DNA from: Actinomycetota bacterium | GTDB lineage: Bacteria; Actinomycetota; Thermoleophilia; Gaiellales; Gaiellaceae | Assembly (NCBI GenBank): GCA_005884575.1 | Contig: VAWW01000026.1 | Location: 8,575 to 72,574, forward strand | DNA: 64,000 nt | Direction of reading: 5' to 3' | In this document: positions 63,298-64,000 of the stretch, piece by piece | How the letters are laid out: every line of letters starts with the position of its first letter | Numbering within the stretch: position 1 is the stretch's first letter | Program-made: the position numbers and the translations under genes | Notes under the pieces: generated by a model | What the model saw: the letters and a program-made list of their open reading frames with translations, nothing else | The model's database searches: none | Told to the model about the DNA's origin: nothing

Positions 63298-64000
63298 TCA
63301 CACCGCCAGCGGGCCGGCGGCCTTGGCGCGGATTCGCGTTGCATAGTTTGTCACGTAGGCGAGCGGGATCTCGTCCAGTTCGACGATCTCCACGGCGTCC
63401 GGTTGGGCCCCCGCGCGGATCGCCTGCTCGCGCGCCTCGGCGCACGCCTGCTCCACCGCCTCGTCGCGCCCGCTCGGGCCGGGATGGAAGATCCGGTCGA
63501 CCTGGCCGCTGACGGCGGCGATCGCGGCGCCGATCGCATTCGCGACATCGGCGTGCGGCGCGCGGAGCACCTCGCTGACACCCGGCAAACGGTCCGGGAC
63601 GACGACGCTGCCGCCGCCGACGACGATCAGGGGCCGGTCGCCGCGGACGAGCTTGACGCGGTCGATCGCGTCGGCGATCAGGTCGTCCGCGTGTGCGAGC
63701 GCGCGCTCGAGGACGGCGCGGTGCGCGTAGAGGGCGGCAGGGTCGCCGATCTCGGCGCGGCGGCCCGCGACGGCTGCGTCGGTGATCGTCGGCGTGGAGC
63801 CGCCGAAGACGAGCGCCTCCTCGGTGAGGCGGTAGCCGACGCTCGTCGGGCCGACCGTGACGGCGCCGTCCGAGCCGGCGACGACGGTGCCGCCGCCGAG
63901 CGCGATCGAGAGGATGTCGGGCATGCGGAAGTTCGTGCGGACGCCGCCGATGTCGACGCCCGCGGACGACTCGCGCGGGAAGCCATGCGCAAGCACGCCC
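63298..64000 (-). CDS. hydantoinase/oxoprolinase-family (HyuA-like) protein; N-terminus lies beyond the window edge
   Basis: The frame is open to the window end (the track ORF starts at an internal Met). Motifs VDIGGVRTNF, SIALGGGTVV and LIVVGGGSVVVP. Confidence 0.75.
   Translation of the reverse strand, partial: GVLAHGFPRESSAGVDIGGVRTNFRMPDILSIALGGGTVVAGSDGAVTVGPTSVGYRLTEEALVFGGSTPTITDAAVAGRRAEIGDPAALYAHRAVLERALAHADDLIADAIDRVKLVRGDRPLIVVGGGSVVVPDRLPGVSEVLRAPHADVANAIGAAIAAVSGQVDRIFHPGPSGRDEAVEQACAEAREQAIRAGAQPDAVEIVELDEIPLAYVTNYATRIRAKAAGPLAV

Overview
Very GC-rich bacterial chromosomal DNA (by eye about 70% G+C, not computed). It has strong G/C third-position bias, frequent GTG/TTG starts and many 1-14 nt start/stop overlaps. 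Gene content and style resemble a high-GC Gram-positive (Actinomycetota, possibly Thermoleophilia/Conexibacter-like), but the taxon cannot be fixed from this window. I support 64 protein-coding genes; both window edges cut a gene. Nearly all sit in long, translationally coupled catabolic or transport operons: (i) 1-6857: split PEP-synthase-like dikinase, cyclase, GntR regulator and Mo-hydroxylase subunits. (ii) 6914-13917: SDR, truncated aldolase, two membrane proteins, iolC-type kinase, adenosine deaminase, and a UPF0261/PEP-hydrolase-like pair. (iii) 13976-17484: a decayed hydrolase and four uncharacterised envelope proteins. (iv) 17474-33907: a cyclitol/aminocyclitol-type cluster with 4 Gfo/Idh/MocA oxidoreductases, 2 xylose-isomerase-like TIM barrels, a DegT aminotransferase, a creatininase-family protein, two ABC importers and a LacI regulator with an operator-like motif shared by two promoter gaps. 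(v) 33917-41623: Mo-oxidoreductase, beta-helix protein, MFS transporter, DUF892 protein with a histone-like basic tail, and a cytochrome c / copper-monooxygenase fusion. (vi) 41688-54202: two hydantoinase A/B pairs around a sugar-type ABC importer, plus an M24 peptidase. (vii) 54275-64000: tandem XRE-cupin regulators, a kinase, a divergent enolase, YbjQ, a Dpp-type ABC importer and a third hydantoinase-like gene. I found no rRNA, tRNA, CRISPR, transposase, integrase or phage genes. Structure not explained by genes includes four families of palindromic intergenic repeats, candidate operators, leaderless-type promoters and at least six reading-frame disruptions. Most long ORFs in the supplied track are wrong-frame or antisense artefacts of the GC bias (Arg/Ala/Pro/Gly-rich translations) and were not annotated. 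All family assignments rest on motif recognition from memory; no database search was possible.
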